DNA of 64,000 bases from Catajapyx aquilonaris (taxonomy: Eukaryota). Both the position numbers and the translations under genes were made by a program. The first letter of the stretch is position 1; the number at the start of each line of letters is the position of its first letter. The notes under the pieces are model-generated. The model searched no databases and was not told where the DNA came from. It saw only the letters and a program-made list of their open reading frames with translations. The DNA lies in contig KZ538308.1 in assembly GCA_000934665.2 (NCBI GenBank), positions 1 to 64,000 of the forward strand, read 5' to 3'. Shown here piece after piece: positions 49,926 through 63,771 of this stretch.

Positions 49926-52900
49926 TCAAATCAGGTCACTCCAGTCTCACCATAACTCGGTCAGCCCCTGCTCGGCCAATCAAAACAACCGCGCTTGTCA
50001 TTTTCGGTCCGTCTCTGGCACGACGGGTTTATAAAAATGGTTTCTAATCCATGAAACAAAAGGAAGAGAGGGTTACATAAGACCGGCTTAACGTGCGTGT
50101 CGTATAGTTAACATTGATTGCATTTTAAATGCACATCTGTACTACAATAATAATAACTTTCTGTGTTCATGCGAAAGTTCGGACAGTGCATCCTGTAGTA
50201 CAGTATCATCATCATCATCATCATTTCCTTCACGGCAAAATAATCCCATAGAGGGGTAGCCAGCGGAGTACAGGTTGCCCCTGTCCCCCTCGTATGACAG
50301 TATGACTCGAGTATATATGATTTTCACATTGCTAGAATGCTACAAAGTCCGGATTGACCACTGTTGTCATTGTTCCGGTACAATGACAACTGTGATGTAA
50401 TTTGAACCGTTTAATAACAGAGTTGTGCAGCTCCAGTTTGTAATAAATTTTCCTTGACAGCTTGTTCAATCCCTATAAACTACCCGCCAGCAATAACCTG
50501 TCCCGAAATCCTCCACACCCGAAAAATATTGCCACCAATCACGTGTGCAAACACTTATGCAACTTCCGCCAAGAAAATGCTAGAGAACCGGCACCGCAAA
50601 AAAAAACACGTGCCACATTTTGACTTTACCCAATACACGAACCGCGTCGTAACGACCCTCCCCCAAACTAACCGAACACCGCATTTAGATTATATTGAGC
50701 AACACGTGCCACGGTGGCACATGTTGAACCCAACCTCGGGCCAGAGACGCACCTGTACCGATCGGACCTCGTCCCAGCACTGCCGGCAGCCTGATCCGAA
50801 ATGAGGAAGGAAAAGGCCGGGCAACTGCTGGAGGCGGAGGTGGTGCTGGTGACCGCACGCCGACGCAGGCCCGGTCCCTGCCGCGATTCAGCGCCAAGCA
50901 CCGCCATCCGACGATGCCACGCCGACGCAGCACCCCTCCGACACCTCTCCGAATATGCCATTGCCGACCTGTCTGTCCCGACCCCCCCTTTTTGTACCAT
51001 CCATATTGGGGGGGTAGCCCTCTCACATGTGCTCATACATATACCACTGGCGATTTCTGTCCAGCGATATCGCTTCACTATAGCCACCATTGTCGCTCCT
51101 ATCCGACAAATTCACATGACATACTGTCAACAAGTGGCCATTTTCACTTTAAAAAATTGTACGTTTTTCGGCTAATTTGCACCTAAACGTTCCAGCCGAA
51201 TCAGAAAAGTTGTAGCCAAAACCTAAATTGACCTGATCTGGCTTATGCCTCTGGCTATACTTTCGTCTTAAGGCGCAGCCATCTTTGGAGATTCCATAGA
51301 GCGTTTCCCTATTCGCCGCTGGAGGGACACGGGATTTTGCGATGGTGTCTTATAAAATCGCATTTGACTTGAAATTTAACGCTTGTGGTGCATTTTCTAC
51401 CACAACTGATCCCATATTGGGAATCTATAGTCGTTTTAAAAAAAATCTCGGAAGCCCAATAACATGCAAAATCCTCCCTTTTGTTGTTGTTTATCTTAAT
51501 GGGGAGCTTTTCGGCGAATTTCTCGGGAGTTTTTCTATAGCCGAATCGGGGTTTTCGTCTCCTTTCGGCGAAAAGACGATCGGCAGCTTAGTCCCTGAGT
51601 CTGTGTATTACGAATAAAAAAATTCTGAGAAGTTCGTTCTCACATGACAAAACTTTTATTCACTGCTCTGCAACAGGTTGGCTAAGAGTAGACTACTGGC
51701 GTTATCTGATTAAAATGTATTATGTGGAAGTATTTGCACACCAGTGTTCGAAATTAGTCTGTCGCCAGTCGCGGAATTGGTGACCACAAAAAGATGTCTT
51801 GACGCCTCTTTTGGCGACAGCTATAGCTTTATTCCTCCAATATTGCATTTCGATCCATATCCCAGTATTAATTTGGTACGCATTTGCCCTTGACTATGTC
51901 TGGTTAGGGGCAAGTGCGGCTGTTTAGAAACCAGCCTTATCATGCCACCAAAACGGAACAATAACAAGTTCCGGAGCGGTTACGCAGCATGAGATTCAAG
52001 ATTCTTCAGAAATTCTGCAAAATATCCCTACATATACTTGCCGGAGAAGATAAAACGCCACCTTGAGCTTGGCGGTATTTTTAAATCAATGTGACGAAAG
52101 AGAGAAGATCGTGTTACTTTAGCAAAGTCGTGAACATTTACATGATTTTCGATAGCTACTATCACCTTCCGCTACACATTAGAAGCAATTCGGCACTTGC
52201 CCCATTGTCGCACTTACCACCCGATCGCAAGTTGTGACGGAATTGATAAAGAAACCAATGCACTGTACTCGCACCGGTCAATCTGCCAACTGTGGCTGTC
52301 ATGTGGACAGGCAGTTATTGCGTCCATTTTCTTCGCAAGCTTTCTCGCGATGCCACGTTAACGTCCAAGTGATGGGTCAAGATGGTCCGATTATTATTAT
52401 TAAGCCTACGCAGAGTGTGGTCATGTAATGAGTATGATCTCAAGTATTTCCCTCCTTGGATGTGCCTCCTTATACCACGGTCCATATACTTCATTACATC
52501 CAATCTGTCACCACCCACTCGCCTCGGAATGTTTACGTCAGTGACGACAAAGTAGTCGCTATACAGCCAATCCATGGCAGGATACGGTTACTTTCCTTAA
52601 TGACGGTAATATGATGAAATATAATAAAAATAGACTGATCTGTACCGTGCTATTTCCGGAAACAGTAATGGGGGTGGTGGGATAACGTGATTCCATTTAA
52701 CTTTTGTCACGAGCAAGAGAGCACGCGTTCTACAAATGATTTTCCTATTTTAGCTGCAACCCGAAGAGGATAAAATTTTCAGGACGAATCTAAGGTTTCT
52801 AATAATGGAATTCCGCAAATAACTCCGGACTATTTTTTTAGACAGCCTTGGGCAAGAGCTTTATAAATTTAGTACTGCTCACATTTGCCTGCACTTAGCA

Positions 52901-55900
52901 AGCGTGGTAATCTGCAGGAAGAAGGAAAAAAAAGTCTGCGCAGTCGTTATTTTGCAACACGTACTCCCGTGCTCAGTTACAAATCACCATTACGTACTTT
53001 GCCCATATCACGTACTCATTGGCGCTATATGTGTTCCTTTCACTCTAATTTATGCACCGAAACGCTTTCTTAAGAATATGTAAAGAACTTCGTGCAAGGT
53101 GATGCTGGTACTTCCTCGTTCGTGTTGGTTCCTTTTCCCCCAAAAAATTTCCGTTCATTTATCCTGATACTTCAGAGCAATCCGCACGCCTCTTCGGTGT
53201 AACGGGACGGTCTAGCTATCAGGATATAAATTTTTCATGAAAACAGCTATTCCTGGCAAAGCGGCTTATCGCAAGCCAAGTCTCTGAGCATGTGACAATT
53301 CTGAAGTACTGAAAGTATGTACAGTAGGCCAATATGTGTACGGCGGATTTTCTAGGTTTTCTAACTGGTGCATGTAGATGAACACACCTATAGCTGACAC
53401 ATGGGTAAGAAACCACGTTCCCCCCTAATAATCCCGTGAAATACGTGGCGGGAAGTAATTTCGAAGCAGAAAAGAGCTATAAATCCCAAAGTTTCGAAAT
53501 TTATGTGGGTTCACAACTGATCCGCAGCGACATTATTTGTGCAACACGGAAAAGATCGTGAAGAATAGCTCGGCCTGTCACCTTCCACAAAGTTAATCAC
53601 CACTTAACCGAATTTATCGTACAGGGCCTATTTTTACTACAAAAAAATTATACGCCCATGCAAGTTCGACATGTCAGATCCTAACAGCATCTTATAAAAG
53701 TGGTGACGGCAGAATTGCATTGGGGGGACCCTAAAATGAGATATGCAAAATTCGAGCTAAGAATAGAGTCGGCCGTACACAAATAGTTTATTTTCGTACA
53801 CCTCCTCTGCATAACGGCAAAATAAAAACGATAATGGTGACGTGACTAGATTCGTTCCTTGACCTGTGGGGCCTTGAATTTCCCTTTTTGCAGGCGCAAG
53901 ATCAGGGTTCCATCCCACGTTTTATATTTTCGTATACACCTTCTCTTCCCCCGCACCTTTCCGGCCACGGTAATTAAACACCTGTCACCGGAAGTTGTGA
54001 AAAGATCGCGGGGGCACGTTTATTAAAAGCCTTACAACGTTGGGGTACACCTGTAACACATTACGGTGCACGACAACAAGTTTACCTGCAGGGTTGGTTC
54101 TCGGAATCGCTACTGCCAACGCATATTATTGCAAAGGAAAGCGTGCGATCAACAAAATGAACCTTGAAAAGGCGTGTGCACCATCACGATTTATTGAAGT
54201 CAAATCAGGCTACATAACGATAATTTTTTAAAAAAAAACATCATGAATATAGAGAGGTCTTTAAATTTTTCAGACAACCTAAATTAATTTGCGCAAAGTC
54301 AAATACCCATCTACATTTAGAATATGAATAGGCCTGCTAATTATGGGCAATTCATATACACAAGTTCATTGTATATGCTCCGTGTCATACCAAAGCAAAC
54401 CTATTATTATGTACGAAAACAATCAATTATTCTGTCGCTTTAGCCAGCAATATTGACTGTACTATACATAACCATTTTGCATGAATATGTTGATAAATAT
54501 CGCTTTATGCCTCTGTGAAAGTGAAACTTGAGGGTCCATAAATTTTGCATAAACAAATACGAGAATTTGACATCGCTCGCGTTCAGGTATGTTATGCACT
54601 GCGAAAATAGCCCTATAAAACATATAGGCGGGTAATTTCACATTTGTAGCAAATTTTCCGCACATGTTATCAAGCTTTGCGCGTCATAAGCACAGCAATA
54701 CACCCTCACTTATAGCCCCCTTAAGTGGTGTTAATAAAAATAAAACTCGCACTAAGCTGTGAGGTAACTATTTTTCAGCCTGCAATTTTACAACTTGTTG
54801 TCAAAGGTCACGTTGGCACATGCAATATTGTTAGGCAGTAATATTTTCCAGTTATAAATAGACCCTTGCTCACTGCTCGTGAAATGTTGCTACCCTCGAG
54901 AGCTGGTCAGATTGCGATATCCTTAATTTGGGAATCAAGAAAAAGTAATATCGGGCCGGACCATGCTGTTACATGACATGTATAAGTCCCCTGGCTTATT
55001 CAAGTCACGCGAAAGCCGACAAAGAACACACAATATCCCAAGTTCGAGGCTACTTCCTCCTGGTATTGTTTCTGCCCAGGGAATATGAATTCTCTCAGCT
55101 CCTCTATAAATTTTACCCGGCCACCAGAGTGGAGTACATCTCTTCAGTTTTTCATCCGGAGTTGGTACATTTCAGTTGCTCCATTCCTGTCAAAATACCT
55201 GACACCTTACTCTGCAATCGTATATGTTTTCCCAGGCGACCAGCTGTTTCGTGTCATGAAATATTCAATCATAAGTGCCTAAAGCCTAATCTACACCGTT
55301 TCTACGGATGACCAAGTAAGGCTGGTGCAATCACAGCATGCAAAATTAAACAGATCCCCCCCCCCCTCCCCGGTGAGTCCTTATATAGTGTCCGTGTGCT
55401 GTTAATAATGCTTTCCACTAGTTATCATCACTCTAGAAAATTTAATTACGCTCATCTGCTCAGCACACAAGGGAGAGGTTTTTCTTTAAATAATTTGGCT
55501 CATGATTCTAAAACTTACAGTGTAATGCTTCAGCACTATAACACTCGTTCCCTAATAAAAAAAAGAAGCTAATAGCGTCCTTGACCCGCTGGCAATGCAG
55601 TGATTGGCAATGAAACGTAACAGCGCCTCTTCAGAAAACCATCACATTTTCCCAGCACATTCAAAGCTTCGGACACGCCTCGTCACAACCGACAAAAATA
55701 GACACCGTTTAATTAGCATGTCCAAAAAGGCTCATTCACGACTCTGTCTTCACTTTCTGCCGGCATTACAATGAGCACACTCTGTCTCCAAGTACTATAC
55801 AATTTTGCCTGAATAGTACTTATCCAGCAATTAACTCGCAACATGCACTTTATTTTTAACCATTCCCACCGCACTTTTGAAATTACACCTGATATAACCA

Positions 55901-58900
55901 CCGTGACTGCCCTCCTGCCCTTTAAACCATAAAAGGTCCCTACATAAAATTTCGCAATTTTTTAAAAAATCTGTGCCTCCGTTTCAGCTGAGAATCGAGC
56001 GGGATAGGCTGTGGGTGTGAGTGCATGCCTCGGGTAAAGGGGGGGAACAGCAGCATACATATCAGGCTCCCCCGCTATAACGATCGCAACCATTACGCAA
56101 GGCTCCAAGATCAAGGTCAAGGTGTATATATATCTGGCGCTTAGATAAGCACAACCACACATGCACCGTTTTTAACTCCCCTCCTTTGTGTTCCCTCGAG
56201 CTGCGTGATAACGCCGCGGATAATAATAATGCATAGAGAGAGAGAGAAAAAATGAACAGTGGAGGTACAGGCTGTACTGATTATTACCCAGTAAAAATGT
56301 ACAGAAAATGGGGCCGACCTTTACCTGAAGTACACTTCCGCGATAGTTACGCAATGGGCTATTCGGCGACCGGCAACAAAACCGAAAGTGCTATTCCATT
56401 CATAGTGCATAGTAACACGCGTCTATTATTGCACAAAGTCAGCGGCGTGGGCGTCCAATCGAGATGGATGCCGGTGCAGCGCTCCAGTGAGTTCTCTTCC
56501 GAGAGAGAGAGAGTCTATTTTGGAGCCAGAAGAAAAGCTCCAAGCGCCCTCCCAGCCCCCTAATAACAATAAAACTGGGACCGAAATAGACTCCGACGCC
56601 TACACTCTAATACCCCTCGGCCCACGCACCCACTAATCTAATCCCCCAACACCCCCTATCGCGATTAACCACGAATGAATTCGCCACACTTATCCAGCAC
56701 CTACGCAGTGCTGCTTTGCATTCTCAAAGGCCACATGAACCCTGTAAGCCATGATGATGAGGTTAAGCCAATGGCAAGGAGGCAAATGCAAGCGGCGACC
56801 AATAGGAGTGCTTCGAATCACGTGACTCAATACAGACCAGGCATGCGCAGAACATGGAGATAAATTTGACATTTACGTTCGTTTCTTTAGCCGGATATGT
56901 CAATCCCGCACCCAATCAGTAGCCTCTGTTCGCAATGCAATCTTGCGAGTACAATGTCACCAATGTCAATCCAGACATCAGCCGTAATTGCAGTTTACTT
57001 CGTACACGATGGCACCATTGTTCTCTCTCCCCAGTTTAGATTCGCAGAATCAGCATTGCATTGCTGAAGGGTTACTGGCCATGTATACATACTGAGAGTA
57101 TACACACAATACCGTCTGGGGCTGCGAATATTTGCGCGAATCAGTGAGGACATCAGCATTGGCCTCGCCCGATACGTCACAATCTAATTTCAGGGCACCA
57201 GCACAAGCAGCTCGGCAGTCCAAGCCCCACGATTGGTTCGGCCGAACCATGTGATGAATTTGCAATAAGTGGAAAAGATTGCCCTTGGCAATGGGATTGA
57301 ACACGCAACAGCATGGGGGGCACGGTTTCTTCGAAGTTCGAACATCAAAGGCGTCAACTTTTAGAAAGAGGGACAAAAATCGTTACAAATACTTCCCACA
57401 TCGCGTGTCCAGTTCCAAAATTGGAAACTCAATTACTATATACCCAATTTCCAAACAAATCTTCGCGATACATTTTTGCGGACTATACACGTCACGTCTA
57501 AGAAAAGGGCATACCTTCCATCTTGATCACGGGGAGATCTTCTATAGTTGCGTTCACTGGGTTACGTGTCCTTCAGGACTCTGCAAGGAAAGCAGAAGGA
57601 TGTATACCGTATTCATCTACATAGTATTTGAATGAGTTTGTACAATGTTGCACATAGGGTTTCTGGTGATGCTCAAAGTCACCAATCGCGTTTTAAAAAG
57701 TGAAAACTTGTTGGAAGCAACAGTCAGGGCCATGGTCACTTGGTGTGATAAGTTAGTTGTTTCTCTTTAAACTGGTTTCAGACGTAAACAAACACATAAA
57801 TCGACTTGCTTATATTATAGTTTACCTATACATATGGTGCACTGGCTCAAGTCTCTCCCGGTTCACTAATAAGAGGCCATCTAGTCGAAACGACAAGTGA
57901 GTGTTGATTCCAACTGGATTATTCTCTTTAGTCTCCTGGTTGATGTAAACAAATCCATAATTTTGTCTCCTACCAGTTTAAAGCGAAGCAACCTGTTGGA
58001 ACATCCCAACTGCCATCTCTCTTAAAAGCTGGTTGCTAGGGTAAACAACCAGCAACTTCAGCTTGGACATCCCACGATCCCACTTTAACCAGCCCATCAA
58101 GCCAAATCGGCCGATTGTGTTTACTATTTACTAGCACCCGCGATAGTCCAGACGCATTTAAACTCTCCGGATCTATATTTACGCCTCCACAGCAGACACA
58201 CCACTTATCTAAATCCTCGGTCTTTCAACCTATGTTCCGCGAAGGTATTTTCGGGAGGATTTACTGCTTTAAAAAAAAAGGTCGCTGATCGACAACCCTG
58301 GACGACAGTGACCTAACCTGACCTCTACCAGAAAAAAAATATCCACATGAGTCTGGCAATTCATTGCGTCAACATTGGCAGCACCTCGTACACTTGTGCA
58401 TGCAAATTTTTCCTCCTTTTTGCTGCTGGCTCCAGCCTGCTTCTATTTCTGGCCACGATATGAAATTATGAGCAAACCCTCACCACCACCCCTGCCGGTT
58501 CTTGAGTCTTGCTGCGCCGCACCTTCCGTACAGTTCATTTTTTTTTTTCTCTCCTACGTCCGGGTCTTAAAATAGTCGCAGTCTTTTTCCCACCCCGATA
58601 ACAACTTCCCTCAAAAATAAAAGTATGGGTTCACACGAGCGTCGTTCGGGTCGGTTGTGGTTGGCACAATACCGACGTTTCATCCCATGAGTGGCTCGAT
58701 AATTCTCATTGACTGTCTTATACCCGATGTGCACATTCCTATAACAAAAAGGCTATCGATTGACCGTGACAGTGAACACGGCCTTGTGCATGTTTAATTC
58801 TCCCCAGCAAACACCGATAGCATCAGACAGAAATCCATAGCCGCCCAGTATATTTTGGGGGCATTATGTGGGAACTGACAGCTGGTAAAAGTAAGTGAAA

Positions 58901-60299
58901 GTACAAACTGGTTCATAACTGGTTATGCCAGCAATAAATAGCACTATCGGCAATAAGGTAACCTTGGAATAAAAATAATACTGACCGGGTCATGCACCTC
59001 AATGTTTATATGTTTAAAACTTGGGTTCACACGAGTGTCGTTGTCTTTGCCGTTTCCNTTTTTTCCCCACTCAGACTTGTCTCCAGCTTCAAATATAGCT
59101 CAGGCCTGATGATGTGAGTCTCAAAATAGCACCTCCTCCTACACCTTCGCACTTTATCACCAAGGTTAATCACATCCACACTCACATTTGGAAACATTCC
59201 CCCCCTCATGAGGGCCTCTCAACAACTTTCATTTAAAAATAAATAAAGACACCTTGTAGCAAGTGAAAAATGGTGAAAGATGTATTGAAAAATGATGTTA
59301 CGCAACAGGTTAATTCGTCTTTCACTCTAAACATTTGCTCAATGTCAAGGATGCTTTTATTCAGGCATCGCAATCATCCTCTTGCATGACTCCCCCCCCA
59401 CCAGGATGCCCTCCCCTTCCCTCCCACTCTGCGCCCACTCTTCACATTAATTTCACCTTCCCTTCCATAAATGTACTGCAGTTGGGTAACTACATTGCAA
59501 AAATGGTTTGATATGTATTCCTTTCAGAGATTAGTTCCCCCCCCCCCCCCCCNCCCTCCAATTTCTTTTTACACACACTGGAGTGGTGACCCTCAATACA
59601 ACTTATGCAACATGCATGCTTTTTACATACTTAATAAGTCTGCAAAAACTGGCCCGGTAGGAAAACATCACGCTACAAAGGAATCTATTTCTAGTTTGTA
59701 TTTTCCACTTGACAGCTGATTCAAGCCGAAGCTTTCCTAATGTTATGGGGCACATTTGCATAACAATCCTTTCATGTACAATTACTCATTATGACAAGCA
59801 GAACTTGCCTGTTACAAATAATAATCAGTTGCTCAAAAGCTGAAGTACCATTATTTATTTATTTTTAAGCACTGAACAGTAGCAAGTGTAATCTGGCACG
59901 AAACAGAGGCTCTTTCTGTGGCAACTAGTGAACTGGAGGAGAAAATACATCTCCACATGATTTCACATCTGACTGTAGCACAGGTGAGTATATAAACAGA
60001 CCGTCCAGTGTTCATCTATTTTAAGCCATGTCCACAGTATAAATACTTGCAACGACTGGTAAATTGTGCACACTATTATGTCAATGTGTGCTGCCAGTAA
60101 CTGGTGGCCTGGTGCATGTTTTATAATTTTATTTAGTTAATCATTACCACTCTGCTGGTCACATACACAATTGTTGACATGCCTTATCTGGACCATGTGA
60201 CCAAACAGGGGTGCCAGATACGGCTTCAACTATTTTCACTAATGACACTGCAACTACATTCCAAAAGTGTTCCAAACCAAGTGCAGAGCATCAACCCTG

Positions 60300-61130
60300 C
60301 CATCCTCCCTCTCCGCCCCGGGGCCGCCCCTATACTCACAGGTCTCCTGGCGGCCGCATCCAGCCGACCTGCCTCTGCCGCACAACTCACTGTCACTGGA
60401 CGCCCCGCAGAAAAATAATAGCAAGGAGAAAGAAAAAAAAAAGGGTTCCCGCGGGCAAAAAGCGAACCGCCCGACACATCCACTCAAACGGGCCCAACTG
60501 CGTCTTCTTCATTCGCGGCCATGTTTCTTCTCGCCCAACGTTGCCACATCCCCCCAACACCTCCCCCCACACCCACACTGCTCTACACCGAACACACATT
60601 AAGCACCTGGTCCCCACAACTAATCAACATTTAGCCCGCAATTAAATGCTTAATTACAGTTATTACGGTTTTAAAAAAAATCGCTAGTACATCCGGCAAC
60701 ATGCACTGAAAACACCTGAGCATCGGGATTACTGCAAGGGCGTATTAGTTATATTAGCTGCATCCTGATTGCCGGCTATTCGTGGCCGGCGTGTAGCTGC
60801 TACTTTGCTGCGTCTGGCAGTAGCCATTGGCGCCCATGGCCTCGCAGACCCGGTGCGGAACATTCCGGGCTCAGATGACCGTAAAAAAAGACGGGATTTG
60901 CGGCATGAATTTCCGATCCCTCTCCTGCGATATCCGGGATCATCGTTCGACTGATAAGAGTGGCTGAGGAGGACCGTCTCCAGGCTGTTGCACGGGCACG
61001 GAGAGAGCCGCAGTTTATTAATTATTAGGAGGGGGCATCTATTTATGTGGGATTGCTGAATAATTCGTGTTGGACTGGCACAGAGAGAGAGAGAGAGAAA
61101 TATAGAGGGGGACTCTTGGAGCAGGTGAGG
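60300..61130. promoter_or_regulatory. GC/CpG-rich region, likely TMEM19 promoter and possibly a divergent HDAC4 promoter
   Basis: CpG-rich; minus-strand donor CCT|gtgagt at 60340/60339; plus-strand donor CAG|gtgagg at 61124/61125; GA repeat at 61082-61097. Confidence 0.45.
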
Positions 61131-61296
61131 TGAGAGTAATTATGGGCATTGCGCACGAATTGCCTTCATGTAAGCTGGAGTTATACGTGCGAGTCATTCT
61201 TTAGCAACTGCAGGATTTTTATTGCGAAAAGGTCTAACGATAGAAGTAGACTGACAACAAAAAATTTTGCGTTTCAGTCCCACTAAAGACGCAAGG

Positions 61297-63771
61297 ATGG
61301 GAGGTGAGCAGGAAGGATCGTCAATCGTGACACCGATTGTGGTGGCTGCGCTTGTGTTTCCCATCACGATGACGCTGTGCATGGGGAATATGATATTTAG
61401 AATATTCACATCCGATGAGAGTGCGGCTGCCAGTGATGGTGAGAGAAATGGATTTGCTTGGTTCTAATTTGATCTAACATATGCGTTTGCTTGGCAGGTT
61501 ACAATGTGATCTCTCCAGCGAGGTGGTTGGCGGCCACCATCTTCCCTATTGCAACAGTTGGATGGGGACTGAAGCGGAGGAGTCTGGACAGGAGTGGTGC
61601 CGCTCTTGGTAATTTTATTTTTTCACGGAGAAGAAAACCGTGAGAATGTGTAGTCTGTGTAAATTTATCTGAACATTAGAAGCAATCTGAATCATCTGTA
61701 AAATTCATTCTGCTGGTAGAGGATTACACGGTGGGGCAGTGATGAGAGTATTGATGCCAGTGGGACGACCAGATATGGAGTTCATTCTACCGTCATGCAT
61801 GAAGTTAGAAAATTGCAGGAACTTCTGTACATGTTTATGGGCAGAGTGAAATATGCCTAGAGCACAACTTTAAATTGGGAGTCAACAATACTCACACTTC
61901 CTGTGTTGTAATATGACTTCTCTAATTGGTGCCACCCTGTACCCGGATATGAAGCAAGACTGAGCCAAATTACGCCAAACATTGCATGCTGATATATCAT
62001 GGTACAGAGACAGTTATTGGCGTCAGAGAAGTGGGCCAATTAATTATTCCATTACTTTGCACTTTTGTGCCCACTTCTCTCATTCATTTCATATCCATTT
62101 CTTTTTGAAATTCATCCAATTTGTTACGTTACAGCAACTGCAGCCTTTTCATTATTTTTTTAAAAGTGTAACTGCACCCGTATGCTGGAAATTCTCTGTG
62201 TACTTTTTCGTAATGAAATTAGCCTCTGAATTTAGCAAAATATGTTTGAGACAATTATCTTATCTAAACACAATCTAATCAGAGTGACAGGTAGTACAGT
62301 ACTCCCCAACATCCTTGGGCGACGTCAGTGAACCTGCTAACATTGCAATGTCACGGGGCACTTTCAAGGACCCTTTATGTGTCATGCACAGTAGCCTCGT
62401 ACTTTAAGGGGCTTCTGATGAATCATGCCTGAACCTTACACATATGTGGAAAAAAATTACATTCTAGGAGAATCTGAGGCTGTTATGTCTGGCGTCAACT
62501 GTGTTCGCTTTGTTGAATTTCAAATTTAGTGACAGGGATCGGCATTTTGGACTTAATTTTTAGACCAAAAACCCCCATGCAAATCAGTCATCATCACAAG
62601 GCATTAATACTCACACCCATGGAGAAATCCCCTCCTCATCCACTCATTATCCACTCACTACTTTTCTACTGCTGGATCTCCCTTGCCCACATAACCCTTT
62701 TGCCCTCTCGACATTCTATTATTCTTACACCAACCAATGGGATTTCAGTTTTCCTTCACAGGTCTATTACCAAGTACCTATTGTGCCTCTACTTCCTTGG
62801 ATTATTACAACCCACGGATAAACCAAACCCTATATAATATACATTTTTATGCATAATACCTATGATAAGTTTAATTGAAATATGACACACATTCAGATAT
62901 CAGCAGAAACACTAAAAAACTGTTATGTAGGTTTACCAATGCTTGAGTGTTACAAGTAAGTTTATTTTACCCTAATTGTGCTCACATTGGTACTTTCCTT
63001 GCAGCTCTGGTAGTGGGATTCATCTTGACACTGAGCAGCTATTGCTTTCTTAGTTGCCTGGCAGCTTTCTTCTTCACTTCATCTAAGGCCACCCGATTCC
63101 GTTCTCACCTCAAGCGACGGTTTGACTCCGAGTTTCGGGAAGGGGGCCAGCGTAACTGGATCCAGGTCCTGTGTAACGGATGTGTTGCAACTCAACTTGC
63201 CTTAATATACATGATTGACTCTGGGTGCGGAGAGCGGCCAGTTGACTTTGCACGTGATTATCGGGCATCTTGGCTGGGACTTGGGATACTCGGGGCCATC
63301 TCATGCAGCTGTGGAGACACCTGGGCTTCTGAACTTGGGTCAGTTGTGGGCCAAAGTGACCCATGGTTGATCACCACAGGTCACAGGGTACCACGAGGCA
63401 CCAATGGAGGGGTGTCGCCTTTTGGATTGGTGCTCAGTTTTGCTGGCGGTGCATTTGTTGGTGCCAGCTACTACGTTGCAGTGCTGTATTCAACAGATAC
63501 AGTGCACCTTCAGTTAGCGCCACCTCAGTGGCCCTTGGTGGTGATTGGTGGTGTTGGTGGGCTTGTTGGGAGCCTTGTGGACTCTGTTCTTGGAGCCACG
63601 TGCCAGTTCTCAGGGGTGGACCTGCAGACAGGGGCTGTCGTCGAAAGAAACAGCCCAAAAGTGAAGCACATTAGTGGGGTTGGAATGTTGGATAACCACA
63701 GTGTTAACCTTTTGTCAAGTGTTATCACTGCATTCCTTCTCCCTCGATTTGCAATGGTGGTGTGGCCTTAA
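61297..63771 (+). CDS. TMEM19: Transmembrane protein 19 (DUF92 family), 339 aa, three coding exons
   Basis: join(61297-61438,61498-61608,63005-63771) = 1020 nt in frame, GT-AG introns. Motifs ISPARW, SLDRSGA, EGGQRNWIQVLCNG, GDTWASELG, GTNGGVS, DSVLGATCQFSG, LDNHSVNLLSS. Confidence 0.95.

Noticed and set aside
51742..51820. CAGTGTTCGAAATT plus CTGTCGCCA/TGGCGACAG, resembling a hAT-type MITE end
   Set aside because: Only one terminus is visible and there is no target-site duplication.
19585..59553. Isolated N bases (19585, 38298, 43560, 59058, 59553)
   Set aside because: Assembly ambiguities at homopolymer runs, not biology.
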